A program made the position numbers and the translations under genes. Shown here piece after piece: positions 49,301-58,178 of a stretch of DNA of 64,000 nt. The notes under the pieces are model-generated. The model saw only the letters and a program-made list of their open reading frames with translations, was not told where the DNA came from and did not search any database. Origin of the DNA: Polyangiaceae bacterium (lineage in GTDB: Bacteria > Myxococcota_A > Polyangia > Polyangiales > Polyangiaceae). Position 1 is the stretch's first letter; every line of letters starts with the position of its first letter. Location: positions 352,001 to 416,000 of the forward strand of contig CBDCTZ010000012.1 in NCBI GenBank assembly GCA_965222375.1. The letters are read 5' to 3'.

Positions 49301-49930
49301 ATGCAAATGAATGACACGGAGACCTCGCCGGAACGGCCGCTGATGGAGCGGGTGGGACTCGCGTATTTTCGGAAGCGCAAGCTCACGCTGGGCAAAGTGC
49401 AAAGGGACGACGCCGTGCATGTGCTCAATGAAGGCGAGCTGCGCAAGTTGCGGCGCATCGAGCAGGGCGTCGTGATTCGGGCGGGGCTCGTCGGGGCGGG
49501 GTCGGCGCTGGTAACCGCGTTGGCTGAGCTCAGCGTACGGCCGCTGTTTGGAATCGACTCAGACAGCACCGCCGTCGGCGACTTGATTCGGTTTTGGGCT
49601 TGGGTCGGCGGCGTCACGCTGGTCGCGACCATCGGCGAGATTGGGTTCTTGTATTGGGACGCGTTGCGTTCGGTGCATGCGCTCTCGCGGGCAGCCGGCA
49701 TGAACTTGTTCGCAAGTGGCAGGGAGGAAGCGAGCGCAACGGCAATCTCCCTGGCTCGGGCCGCGTTGGAGCTGCCCAATCCGCCGAAGGGGCCTCACGC
49801 CATCGATCCCCATCGCGAGTCGCCGAGGTAGCTGCTGGTGCTGGCGGGATTGCTGTACAAGTTGAAGATCGGGCTGATGAGCTTGTGGATCAAGGCGCTG
49901 TTGCGCCGGATCTTGGGCCGGGCCGTGTTG
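49301..49930 (+). pseudogene. Truncated membrane-protein gene (LBF_2804-like) with an in-frame TAG
   Basis: IDPHRESPR*LLVLAGLLYKLKIG..KALLRRILGRA continues in frame after TAG 49829-49831, then the protein-like sequence stops at about 49930. Confidence 0.65.
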
Positions 49931-50010
49931 AATTGCTCCGTAGCCCACCGGCTCGCAGCGTCGCCCAGGCCGGTCTGGACGACATCGTCAAGCCCTTTCA
50001 GTGACAGCTG

Positions 50011-50049
50011 CACAACTACTTATATGCACTATGCATATAAGTAGTTGTG
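50011..50049. repeat. Perfect 18-bp AT-rich inverted repeat with a 3-nt spacer
   Basis: CACAACTACTTATATGCA-CTA-TGCATATAAGTAGTTGTG. Confidence 0.95.
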
Positions 50050-50096
50050 GCGTCACCGCTTGCAAAACGGAGTTCCTCTTTCGCTGCACCAATGCC

Positions 50097-51482
50097 TCAG
50101 TTCGGCGTGCATTGCAGAATGGCCCAACCGCCCATCGGGGTGCCACTGGGTGCGGCAGACTTGTTCAACCAAGCAACGGCAACCCGAGTGCGGGCAGCGG
50201 CTGCCGCCAGGTGGGTCCCATCAAAGCTCTCGAGAATTGATGCGTCGACATCGAGCGAGACGATGTCCGCGGGGGACTGAGCGACGTTGGAGTTGGCGCC
50301 TGTGTGTCGTTGGACCTTGATGCTCTTGTCTGCGCCCGTAACCAGGAGCAGGCTGTCGCCTAGCCTGGCAAGAGCTGCGCCTTGGATGGGCGAACTGCTG
50401 CTCAAGCTCCCGCTGGCGACCGTACTGACAGTGCTGCCCGAGAGGCGAGCAACTTTGAATTCAGCGCCGCCTGGCGTGGGGACCAAGGCCCCAACCTGAT
50501 CCCCCCAAGCGGTGGCTGCGGACCACTTGGCGCTTGGGAGCAGGACTTCGCCCTTCTTGTCGACCGAGTCCGACGCGTTGTCTCCGATCGAAACCACGAC
50601 GCCACCCTTGGTGGGCGCGTCGCTGATGAACGCCCGCAGCGAACTGCTGCTGACGACCCGGCCAGCGGGAAGCGGCTCGGGCCCAAGCGGATGGGTCACC
50701 GCGACGTTCTTGAACGCCGGGCCCTGCGCCGCGCCCGGGGGAGCAGAGATCACGACTCGCTGGAGATTTGCTTTGCTGCCGGTCTCCACGCGATAGAACA
50801 GCTCGTAGTCGGGCGCAGTAGTCCCGGTGGCGACTGCACCCGTTGGTGATGCCAGCTCCAGCTTCTCGAAAGCAAGATTCCTGGGTCCAGCTGGCGAACC
50901 TGCAAGCGCTGCGTCGGCATCAAAGGGAATGAGCAATACGCCGCCGCCGTCGCCACAGTTCGGCAGACTTGCGGCCAGCAAACCAGAAGGAGCTTGGTAG
51001 GCCGCGCCGAGTCCGTCCATCGCCGGCTGTCCCGCGCACGCCAGATTGTTCGCGGCGAGATCGACGGTGGCGTTTTCCGACGGCACCCCGCAATCCGTCA
51101 TGGCGTAGAGCCGAACGCTGCCGGAAGTAGAGTCGGTGGCCAGTTCTCGCAGGCCAAGCACGAAGCCTTGGTTGGTCGCAACCAGGGCAGGGCCACTCAC
51201 GACAGCTTCTCCGCCGGATGGCACCGGCAACGCGCCGGAGGCCAGCACCTTCAATGAGCAGCCCGTCACTCCGGGATCCGTCAAAGAGCATGCTCCAGCA
51301 TCGCCGCCGCTGCCCGCGCTACCTGCGCTGCCGCCCGCGCCCGCGCCCCCGCCAGCGCTACCCCCGCTGCCCGCCGCGCCGCCGCTACTCGGTGTCGCGT
51401 CTCTCTCCGTGGAACCGCAGGCGAGCAACGCCGCAGACGCGCACGCCACACTCACGATTCGCCCCAAGCGCGAAATGCCCAT
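50097..51482 (-). CDS. Hypothetical lipoprotein (Gly-rich linker, beta-rich domain)
   Basis: Lipobox LLAC, GGSAG linker, 461-aa ORF. Confidence 0.75.
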   Translation of the reverse strand: MGISRLGRIVSVACASAALLACGSTERDATPSSGGAAGSGGSAGGGAGAGGSAGSAGSGGDAGACSLTDPGVTGCSLKVLASGALPVPSGGEAVVSGPALVATNQGFVLGLRELATDSTSGSVRLYAMTDCGVPSENATVDLAANNLACAGQPAMDGLGAAYQAPSGLLAASLPNCGDGGGVLLIPFDADAALAGSPAGPRNLAFEKLELASPTGAVATGTTAPDYELFYRVETGSKANLQRVVISAPPGAAQGPAFKNVAVTHPLGPEPLPAGRVVSSSSLRAFISDAPTKGGVVVSIGDNASDSVDKKGEVLLPSAKWSAATAWGDQVGALVPTPGGAEFKVARLSGSTVSTVASGSLSSSSPIQGAALARLGDSLLLVTGADKSIKVQRHTGANSNVAQSPADIVSLDVDASILESFDGTHLAAAAARTRVAVAWLNKSAAPSGTPMGGWAILQCTPN

Positions 51483-51573
51483 GGGCCAGTTGTATCACGC
51501 GGGCGCTTGCGCAATTCAAGCGGCCGGCGTTGGCTGCTTCTAGAGGGCTAGTGGCACGTGGTACGCCACCCGA

Positions 51574-51904
51574 ATGCGCAGTGTCTCTCATGGCGTCCGC
51601 TTGGCGCTCATCCTCGCGCTCGCCATCAGCTGCGAAAAGCAGGAGGCCCCAAAGCTGACCGCGTCCGGCGGTGCGGTCGGCCCCAGCGGAAGCCCCACAA
51701 CTTCAGGGGTCCCGTCCGCGACTGCGAATGAGCGAGCAGTTCTTCCCCAAATCCCACGACGCTGACCTTGGCGAAGCCATCTGGTTCAAGCGCCGCTGCC
51801 AGGTCGTCGTGTCCGTCGTCGGTAAGGCGCAACAGTGGTCCAACAAGGCCAAAGCCAAGGCGCTGCTCGAGAAGCTACTCGCCCACAAGGCCGAGTCGGG
51901 CTAG
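51574..51904 (+). pseudogene. Probable frameshifted or internally deleted lipoprotein gene
   Basis: The signal LALAISC is in one frame (stop 51765); a protein-like C-terminus (LGEAIWFKRRCQVVVSVVG..AKALLEKLL) is in another frame. Confidence 0.4.
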
Positions 51905-51967
51905 CCGCGGCGCGGCAGTGCGCCCGCGCCGGGCCCCATTCACGTCGTCCGGCGCGCAGGCCTGGTG

Positions 51968-54169
51968 TCACGCGCGGCGACGTCGACGACGCGCCGCAAG
52001 CACCCCAGCACCAAGCAGCAGCGCCAGGCTTCCGCCCACCGGCGCGCTGTCACGGCCCGGCGTGCGGCAGCCGCAGCTGCCGTCGTCGCCGGACTCTTGA
52101 GCCCCGGTCCCAGGGTTGGCGTTCGTAGGAATACACTGGCCAATGCTCGAGTCGGTGCTGGTGCACTGGTAGCCACTCGGGCAGCCATTGCCATCGGTGC
52201 CGCGGCAGCCTTCGATGCAGATGTCCGTCTTGCCCACGTCGCAGACTTTGCCGCTGGTCAGGTTTCCGCAGTCGCTGTCCTTGTCGCAGCCACAGAAGGT
52301 GTCGTTGTTGGGATCCACCTTGCACACGGGACCCGTCGGTGCAGTCAGGCACTGATCGGGCTGGCTGGGGTCGCAGGCGCCGCACTCGCCCTTGATCGTG
52401 TTGCAGACGGGCTTTGCACCCGTGCACTTGACGGAGTTCGTCGAAGAGCACTCGCCGCAGCTGCCGCCGGGTTGGCAGGCGGGTGCGTTGGGATCCGTGC
52501 AGTGCGAGTCGTCGCTGCAGGGCAGGCACACCTTGGTGGTGGGATCGCAGAAGGGCTTGTTCGCCGGGCAGTCCGCGTTCGTATTGCACTCTTCCACCGT
52601 GATCATCGTGGGCTGCGCACCGGGGGTCAGCGGGTCGGCATCCGTGAGCCAAGATTTTTCGGGTCCGCCGCTTTCGCCCGCGCCCTTGATCTCACCTTGA
52701 TTCGGAATGCTGCCGCTCTGAGCCAAGACCTTGACTCGAAAGCGCACGGTCACGGTCTCCCCCACGCCGACCTTGCCGCCGGAGGCGCCGCTCACGCCCG
52801 AGCCAACTCGGACTCGGATCGTGCGCGTGGCCGCGTCGTACTCACCTTCGTCACCATCCACTGCGTCCGTCTTCACGCCGACGGCGCCGCCCGCAACCAG
52901 ATCCAGGCTACCCGGCACGTAGTCGAGGCCCGAATCGAGTACGTCCGTGAGCACGGTCCCTACGGCGGGGTCGTTGCCGGTGTTCTTGGCGGTCAAGACG
53001 TATTCCACTTCGTCGCCTGGGCGCAGGGCGCCGCCATTCAAGTCTGTCGCGGTCTTCTCGAAGCCAAGGAAGTCTGGAGCCTTGTTGGTCACCGACGTCA
53101 CGAAGCCACCCAGCAGAAAGATGTCCAGGCTGCTACTGGCACCGACGACTGCCTTGGTGTCGCCGGCCTTCACCAAGCTGGTGACGTTGGCCGTATCCAA
53201 GTCGTAGCCCGCCATCGTTCCTGGGTCGCCGGAGAGCTTGGGCACGTCCTGCGCTCCGCTCACGGGATTGCCCAGATAGCTGCGACCGCCGTTGAAGAAG
53301 TTGTCGACGGGGTTTTGGGCGTTGGAGAGCTTCTGCCCGTTGAAGGTGAAGGAGTCGCCCTTGTAGACCGTGTCGCCTTCATAGGTGAAGGCTGTCATGC
53401 GCGCCGAAAAGCCTGGCGGCACCAAGAACCCGCTCAGGGTGACCTCTGCCTTCTCCTGACCAGGGAAGCCGGGATCGATGGCGGTGAAGCCGTCGAACAG
53501 AGCCAAGTTGCGCAGCTCGTCGCCGGCGTGCTCGTAGAACACCACCAAGGTCCACGCCGAAAAGGCACGGTCCACTTCGACACCCGTGAGCGCCAAGGAA
53601 TCGACACCGGAAACACGGAAGTCGCCCGCGCCCGCAGCGGAGACGATGTTCGTAACGTCAGCAGTTGACTGGTAGTAAAACCAGTCCGGGTGGGTCGCGA
53701 AGCCGTAGGTCTCGACCCAAGAGTCGTCGGCGTTCACCGTGTTCACGGCGCCACCGGCCATATCCAAGGTGACCTGCTTGTCGGCGGAATTGCCGACCTT
53801 GAGCGCAGACCAATACAACCGCGCGTAGGTGACTTTGGCGCCCGCGGGCAGCGAAAGCGTCGCGCTGGTGCGGGCCTGCTCTGCGGTGATCGAGGCGTTC
53901 GCTAGGTTGTCGCGCCAGTACAAGTCTGGCGCCGTGTCGTCCTTCTGCAGCTGGGTCGCGCAGCTGTGGGTCGTGCTACTCGGCGGCGCAGGCAGGGCCG
54001 AGGAACAGTCCAGTGCCAGCGTGCTGCCCAGCACCACGACGTCGCCCTGGAGGTCCGCCTGATGACGCAGCTTCGGAGGAGCCGCGAAGCTGGTAGCCGC
54101 CACGGTGGAAGCGACCAGAGCTAGGTTCAAGGAAGCGCGCAGCCGAAAAGCTTGTCGAATCATGCGCAC
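51968..54169 (-). CDS. MYXO-CTERM surface protein (DUF3344-like + DUF11 + Cys-rich repeats)
   Basis: AAGGA RBS, VTYARLYW, AWTLVVFY, KTATDLNGG..PGDEVEY..NTGND, EC..C repeats, DDGSCGCRTPG + TM + RRRRR. Confidence 0.85.
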   Translation of the reverse strand: MRMIRQAFRLRASLNLALVASTVAATSFAAPPKLRHQADLQGDVVVLGSTLALDCSSALPAPPSSTTHSCATQLQKDDTAPDLYWRDNLANASITAEQARTSATLSLPAGAKVTYARLYWSALKVGNSADKQVTLDMAGGAVNTVNADDSWVETYGFATHPDWFYYQSTADVTNIVSAAGAGDFRVSGVDSLALTGVEVDRAFSAWTLVVFYEHAGDELRNLALFDGFTAIDPGFPGQEKAEVTLSGFLVPPGFSARMTAFTYEGDTVYKGDSFTFNGQKLSNAQNPVDNFFNGGRSYLGNPVSGAQDVPKLSGDPGTMAGYDLDTANVTSLVKAGDTKAVVGASSSLDIFLLGGFVTSVTNKAPDFLGFEKTATDLNGGALRPGDEVEYVLTAKNTGNDPAVGTVLTDVLDSGLDYVPGSLDLVAGGAVGVKTDAVDGDEGEYDAATRTIRVRVGSGVSGASGGKVGVGETVTVRFRVKVLAQSGSIPNQGEIKGAGESGGPEKSWLTDADPLTPGAQPTMITVEECNTNADCPANKPFCDPTTKVCLPCSDDSHCTDPNAPACQPGGSCGECSSTNSVKCTGAKPVCNTIKGECGACDPSQPDQCLTAPTGPVCKVDPNNDTFCGCDKDSDCGNLTSGKVCDVGKTDICIEGCRGTDGNGCPSGYQCTSTDSSIGQCIPTNANPGTGAQESGDDGSCGCRTPGRDSAPVGGSLALLLGAGVLAARRRRRRA

Positions 54170-54287
54170 TCCTTACCACCTGCACCTACATTGGACTACC
54201 TGCTTTTCATGCGCTTTTCCCGATTTATCCGCATCCACAGCTGAATTTTGTGCCGCTAGCGCAATCCGCCGGCGCTAGATCGTGATC

Positions 54288-55073
54288 ATGCGAATCGGCG
54301 CGGCTCTCGTCGGCTTCGGGCTGCTCGCCATGGCGGGCTGCGATCCGAGCAGCAAGCGCTTGGGGCCAAAACAGGACCGCAGCGACGGCAAGCTGCCCGA
54401 GCTCACGGCGACTCGAGCGGCGATCCCGCCCAAGATCGACGGACAACTCGATCAGGCGGAGTGGGCGGGCGCCGGCTCCACAGGTCCCTTCGTGGCGCCG
54501 GGCAGCGGCAAGGCTGCGCACCCCAAGTCGAAAGTGCGGGCTCGGGCCCGTCTCCTCTATGACGCGGACAAGCTCTACGTCGCCTTCGAGGTGCTGGACG
54601 AAGCGCCTACTTCGGCCTTCGCTCAAGACGCCGTCGACCCGCACGTGTGGTCCAAGGCCTCGGGCGTCGAGCTGATGATCGCGCCCGGTAGCCACGCCGA
54701 CAATCGCGACTACTTCGAGGTCCAAGTCGAGGTGGGGGGTGCGGTCTGGGACACACGCTTCGACGACTACAACAAGCCCGTGGGTCCTCGTTCCGGATCC
54801 AAAGTCGTGCGCTTCGGACATCAAGACTGGAAAAGCGGAATCGTCCGAGCAACCAAGCGCGAGAGTTGGGGCTATGTGGTTGAGCTCGCGCTTCCCTTCA
54901 GCCAGCTGAAGACACAGCGCAACCCCACGCCACCGAGCGCCGGCGCCACCTGGCGGATGAACTTCTACAGCTTTCGCGACGGCCAGTCCGACTCCCTCGC
55001 GTGGTCGCCGCTATTGGGCAAGGGCAACTTTCACCGCGCGAGCCGCTTTGGCCAGGTGCGTTTCGGCCCCTGA
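54288..55073 (+). CDS. CBM9-like/DOMON domain lipoprotein
   Basis: Lipobox MAGC, PKIDGQLDQAEW, LLYDADKLYVAF, YVVELALPF, WRMNFY, LAWSP..FH..FG. Confidence 0.85.
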   Translation: MRIGAALVGFGLLAMAGCDPSSKRLGPKQDRSDGKLPELTATRAAIPPKIDGQLDQAEWAGAGSTGPFVAPGSGKAAHPKSKVRARARLLYDADKLYVAFEVLDEAPTSAFAQDAVDPHVWSKASGVELMIAPGSHADNRDYFEVQVEVGGAVWDTRFDDYNKPVGPRSGSKVVRFGHQDWKSGIVRATKRESWGYVVELALPFSQLKTQRNPTPPSAGATWRMNFYSFRDGQSDSLAWSPLLGKGNFHRASRFGQVRFGP

Positions 55074-55088
55074 GACCCGAGTCGTGTT

Positions 55089-55703
55089 ATGGCTGCTGGC
55101 ATGGCTGGCTACGAAGACGTCTTGTCGTTTTGGTTCGGGAGCGTCCAAGACAATGGCACCGCAGAGGAGGGCATCAGCGCGCGCTGGTGGAAGAAGAGCG
55201 ACGCCTTCGACGCTGAATGCCGCGATCGCTTTCTGACGGATCTCGAATTGGCCCTAGCGGGCAAGCTCGACGACTGGACCCAGACCCCGGAAGGGCGCAC
55301 TGCATTGATCGTGCTGATGGATCAGTTCTCGCGCAACATCTTCCGCGGCACGCCCCGTTCATTCGGCAGTGATGCCCAGGCGTTGGCCCAGAGCAAACTC
55401 GCGGTCGCTGCGGGTGAGCAGAACAAAGTGCCGACTTGTTACGGCTACTTCATGCTGATGCCCTTCATGCACTCCGAAGACATCGCGGATCAGGAGCGCT
55501 GCATCGAGCTTTTTCAACAGCTCGCGGATCGAACGCCCGAGGGCCCCGCACGCAAATCCTTAGAGGCCGCAGTTGGCTATGGCGTTAAACATCGTGACAT
55601 CGTGAAACGCTTCGGGCGCTTCCCTCACCGCAACGCCGTCCTCGGCCGCGAGAGCACGCCCGAAGAGACCGAGTTCCTGACGAAGCCCGGCTCGAGCTTC
55701 TGA
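55089..55703 (+). CDS. DUF924 family protein (start 55089 or 55101)
   Basis: VLSFWF, LMDQFSRNIFRG, MPFMHSE, FGRFPHRNAVLGRESTPEE. Confidence 0.93.
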   Translation: MAAGMAGYEDVLSFWFGSVQDNGTAEEGISARWWKKSDAFDAECRDRFLTDLELALAGKLDDWTQTPEGRTALIVLMDQFSRNIFRGTPRSFGSDAQALAQSKLAVAAGEQNKVPTCYGYFMLMPFMHSEDIADQERCIELFQQLADRTPEGPARKSLEAAVGYGVKHRDIVKRFGRFPHRNAVLGRESTPEETEFLTKPGSSF

Positions 55704-55840
55704 GCCGAGCCGCAGCTCCATCCTAGTGCGGCCACACGTGTCAAGTCGGGACGAGCGGCGCGACGGGTTCTGGCGGCGTCGCTACAGAAGGCGCAGCGGG
55801 GGCGGATGCTGGCGGCGCGTCTAGCGGAGGGTGCGGGCGC

Positions 55841-56296
55841 TCCAAGCGGTGGAGGGAGACCGACGCGTAGCGCCAGCCGTGGATGGGTACCTACGGCGCG
55901 ACGCTTCCCAAGGGGGCGGACATCCCCCTAGCGGCTCAGCGTGGCGGATACGACTGGCATCTCTTCAGCTACAACGTGGTCTACGCCTTGTGCGGTGCCG
56001 ATGCGACCCAGGAGTACATCAATTTGGATGACAGCGCGTTCATCGTGCTGCCGCACGCCGCGGACAAGACGCCGGGCTGCCGATGCACCTGCAAGTCGAT
56101 TCCGAGATTGGATGGCGCCCACGACGTCCATATTTCGGCCCCCAACCTCTCTTGGACGATGGTCTTCACGCGCGAGGACGGTTGGTGCGGGCCCTATTCC
56201 AGTTGCGCAAAGTGGGTGAGGAATCCGCCGAAGCCTCAGGCCCCGGAGGCGCCGGAGCAGCCGTCCAAAAAGCAACGACGGCGGAGGCGCCGCTGA
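55841..56296 (+). pseudogene. DUF4275-like gene with a degenerate 5' end (in-frame TAG at 55868)
   Basis: YDWHLFSY..LCG.DA..Y..DVHI..LSWTMVFTREDGWCGPY; the upstream frame reads RWRETDA*RQPW. Confidence 0.55.
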
Positions 56297-56359
56297 CGGA
56301 GGTAGTTGGGGCAGCGTGGACGTGGCCGGCGCGCTACCCTGTGCGCGGACAAACCCAGA

Positions 56360-57268
56360 ATGGAGGCCACCCTCACAGAACGGTTCCGAGGAGCGTTCCC
56401 GAACGAATGCGCGGATGAAGTTGACGTGGTGGGCGCAATGCTGCGGCCGAGCTCGCACCCGACGAGTGAGTTCGACGTGGGACCAACCGAGGTGCGCGGA
56501 GAGCGGCTCCGCATACCCACGCGGATTTACCACCCAGAGCTCGCCCCCCAGGAGCTAGCGGCGTTGAGCGATCGCCAGCGACTCGTCGCCCAGTGCTGGT
56601 TCACCCGCCATCACGATGGGTATGTGCGCGAGCGCATGGTGCGCGAAGTTCTGCGCGACCGTTCGCCGTGGACTGCACCCTACGTGATTCAGCTGCTGGG
56701 TGAGTACGTCATCGAAATCATCCAGGTGCTGCAGGATGGAATCGTCGCCAAACACGAACAGCCCTACGCGGAGTTCTTGAACGACAACCCAGAGTTCTGG
56801 GAGCTCACGCGCCAACGCATGATCAGCTACTGGAACTGCTGCTACCGCCACCCGGACTACCCGGATCGATCACGGTATCCCGGAGCGCGGCTGTTCGAGC
56901 GGTTGGAAGGGTGGCGGGCGAGTGGGGCAGCGTCGTCGTCCCTCTCACTGGAATCCGTCCTGGGACAGCTCCGAGCCCGCCACCGTGTTGAACCCGTCGC
57001 TGCTTCCGCAGAGCAACTCGTCGTCCGCTTCCCCAAGTACCCCGACGCGGTTCTCGGCATCGCCCTACAGAGCGAGGGTCGCTTGCGCGTCACGTATCCT
57101 CGCGTCGTGCGGAAGCCGTCTGGAGAGTATCACGAGGTGGAGGCCACGGCTGACCGGGTGTTGCCCGAAGGGCTGCACTCGATCGCGGGCCAGTTGGCGC
57201 GCCACGGTCGCGTCCTCCCCGAATTCGTCGACGGCCCACTACCCCTTGCGAAACGCCACGGGCCTTAG
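56360..57268 (+). CDS. Conserved hypothetical protein (TRHHDGYVRE motif family)
   Basis: RIPTRIY, CWFTRHHDGYVRE, PYVIQLLGEYVIEI, RMISYWNCCYR. Confidence 0.75.
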   Translation: MEATLTERFRGAFPNECADEVDVVGAMLRPSSHPTSEFDVGPTEVRGERLRIPTRIYHPELAPQELAALSDRQRLVAQCWFTRHHDGYVRERMVREVLRDRSPWTAPYVIQLLGEYVIEIIQVLQDGIVAKHEQPYAEFLNDNPEFWELTRQRMISYWNCCYRHPDYPDRSRYPGARLFERLEGWRASGAASSSLSLESVLGQLRARHRVEPVAASAEQLVVRFPKYPDAVLGIALQSEGRLRVTYPRVVRKPSGEYHEVEATADRVLPEGLHSIAGQLARHGRVLPEFVDGPLPLAKRHGP

Positions 57269-57282
57269 CCGGAGCATTGCCC

Positions 57283-57996
57283 ATGTCACGCGACATCGTT
57301 ATTTCCGTCACCCGCGACCGCGTTCAGGTTGGCGATGAAGTAACAAAAGCGGTTGTGGCCATCGCGGCGGACAAGGGGCGGCTCTCTATTTTGTCCGTCG
57401 GCGAGACACGTGAAGAGTTCAAAGAGCGTTGCCGACCGCTGTCCGAACGCGAGGGGGTGGCGATGCCGCACGTCGTCGTGCCCGGTGACAATCCTCGCTG
57501 GGACGCGCGTTGGAAGGGCGAAGCGACAAGTGCGGACGAGGACCCGACTTCGGTACTCGTGATCGAGCCGTTGCGCGGCGACACCTGGTCACCGGTCGGT
57601 GCCGATGCCCTGCTCCGGTTCGCCATCTCGCAGTCGCCATACGCGCGAGGCCTTGGCCAAATAGTTCGACCCCGTGCGGCCCTCGAAGTGGCGTCAGATT
57701 TCGATGCTGCACAGTACGCTCAGGTGGTCGACGTGGTTCGCGAACTGCTGGGCTTGGGCGTGAAGCTTCCCGACGAGCGTCCGAAAGAACGAGCCACGCT
57801 GCGCAGGGCTCTGGCGCCCCTCGCCCTGCCGCTCTCCTGGGGGGCCGGGATCGCGTGCATTCTGATCCCGGTCCTCAATGAACCGGCGCAAGCCAAGCAC
57901 AAGTCGATGGCGCTGGTCGCCGCCGGCCTTGCGATCGGTTTCTACTGGCTGCACAAATACTTGTGGCGGACGCTGCGATTTCAGCCGGAGACCTAG
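57283..57996 (+). CDS. Hypothetical protein with two C-terminal TM helices; N-terminus weakly MreB-like
   Basis: GGAG RBS; VVAI..ILSVGE, VIEPLRGD..LLRFAI..VRPRAALEV; two hydrophobic helices. Confidence 0.65.
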   Translation: MSRDIVISVTRDRVQVGDEVTKAVVAIAADKGRLSILSVGETREEFKERCRPLSEREGVAMPHVVVPGDNPRWDARWKGEATSADEDPTSVLVIEPLRGDTWSPVGADALLRFAISQSPYARGLGQIVRPRAALEVASDFDAAQYAQVVDVVRELLGLGVKLPDERPKERATLRRALAPLALPLSWGAGIACILIPVLNEPAQAKHKSMALVAAGLAIGFYWLHKYLWRTLRFQPET

Positions 57997-58178
57997 TGCG
58001 CCCCGGGGCCCTGTAGACATAGCGACACGGGGGGCACACAGGGTGTCGTTTCCAGCGCGTCGACCCAAACCCTAGCGACTTTCATGGGGCGCCGGGTTCG
58101 GCAAGCACACGACTTCCAGGAGGTGGCCCACCGGTGGGACCTTGCCTTGCCTCACGATCGTGAGACACTTGGCCCGCT

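Noticed and set aside
50011..50049. dif or parS site
   Set aside because: It matches neither the XerC/XerD 11-6-11 layout with TTATGTTAAAT nor the GTTCCACGTGGAAC-type parS consensus
51552..51566. Sigma-54-like TGGCACG-N6-GC
   Set aside because: The -12 element is weak (ACGC) and the predicted TSS falls after the first ATG
49829..55870. Amber (TAG) recoding suggested by two in-frame TAG codons
   Set aside because: TAG ends many intact genes here, and both affected genes show other signs of decay
55700..58000. Integron cassette array (short co-oriented genes)
   Set aside because: No attC-like RYYYAAC/GTTRRRY sites and no integrase seen
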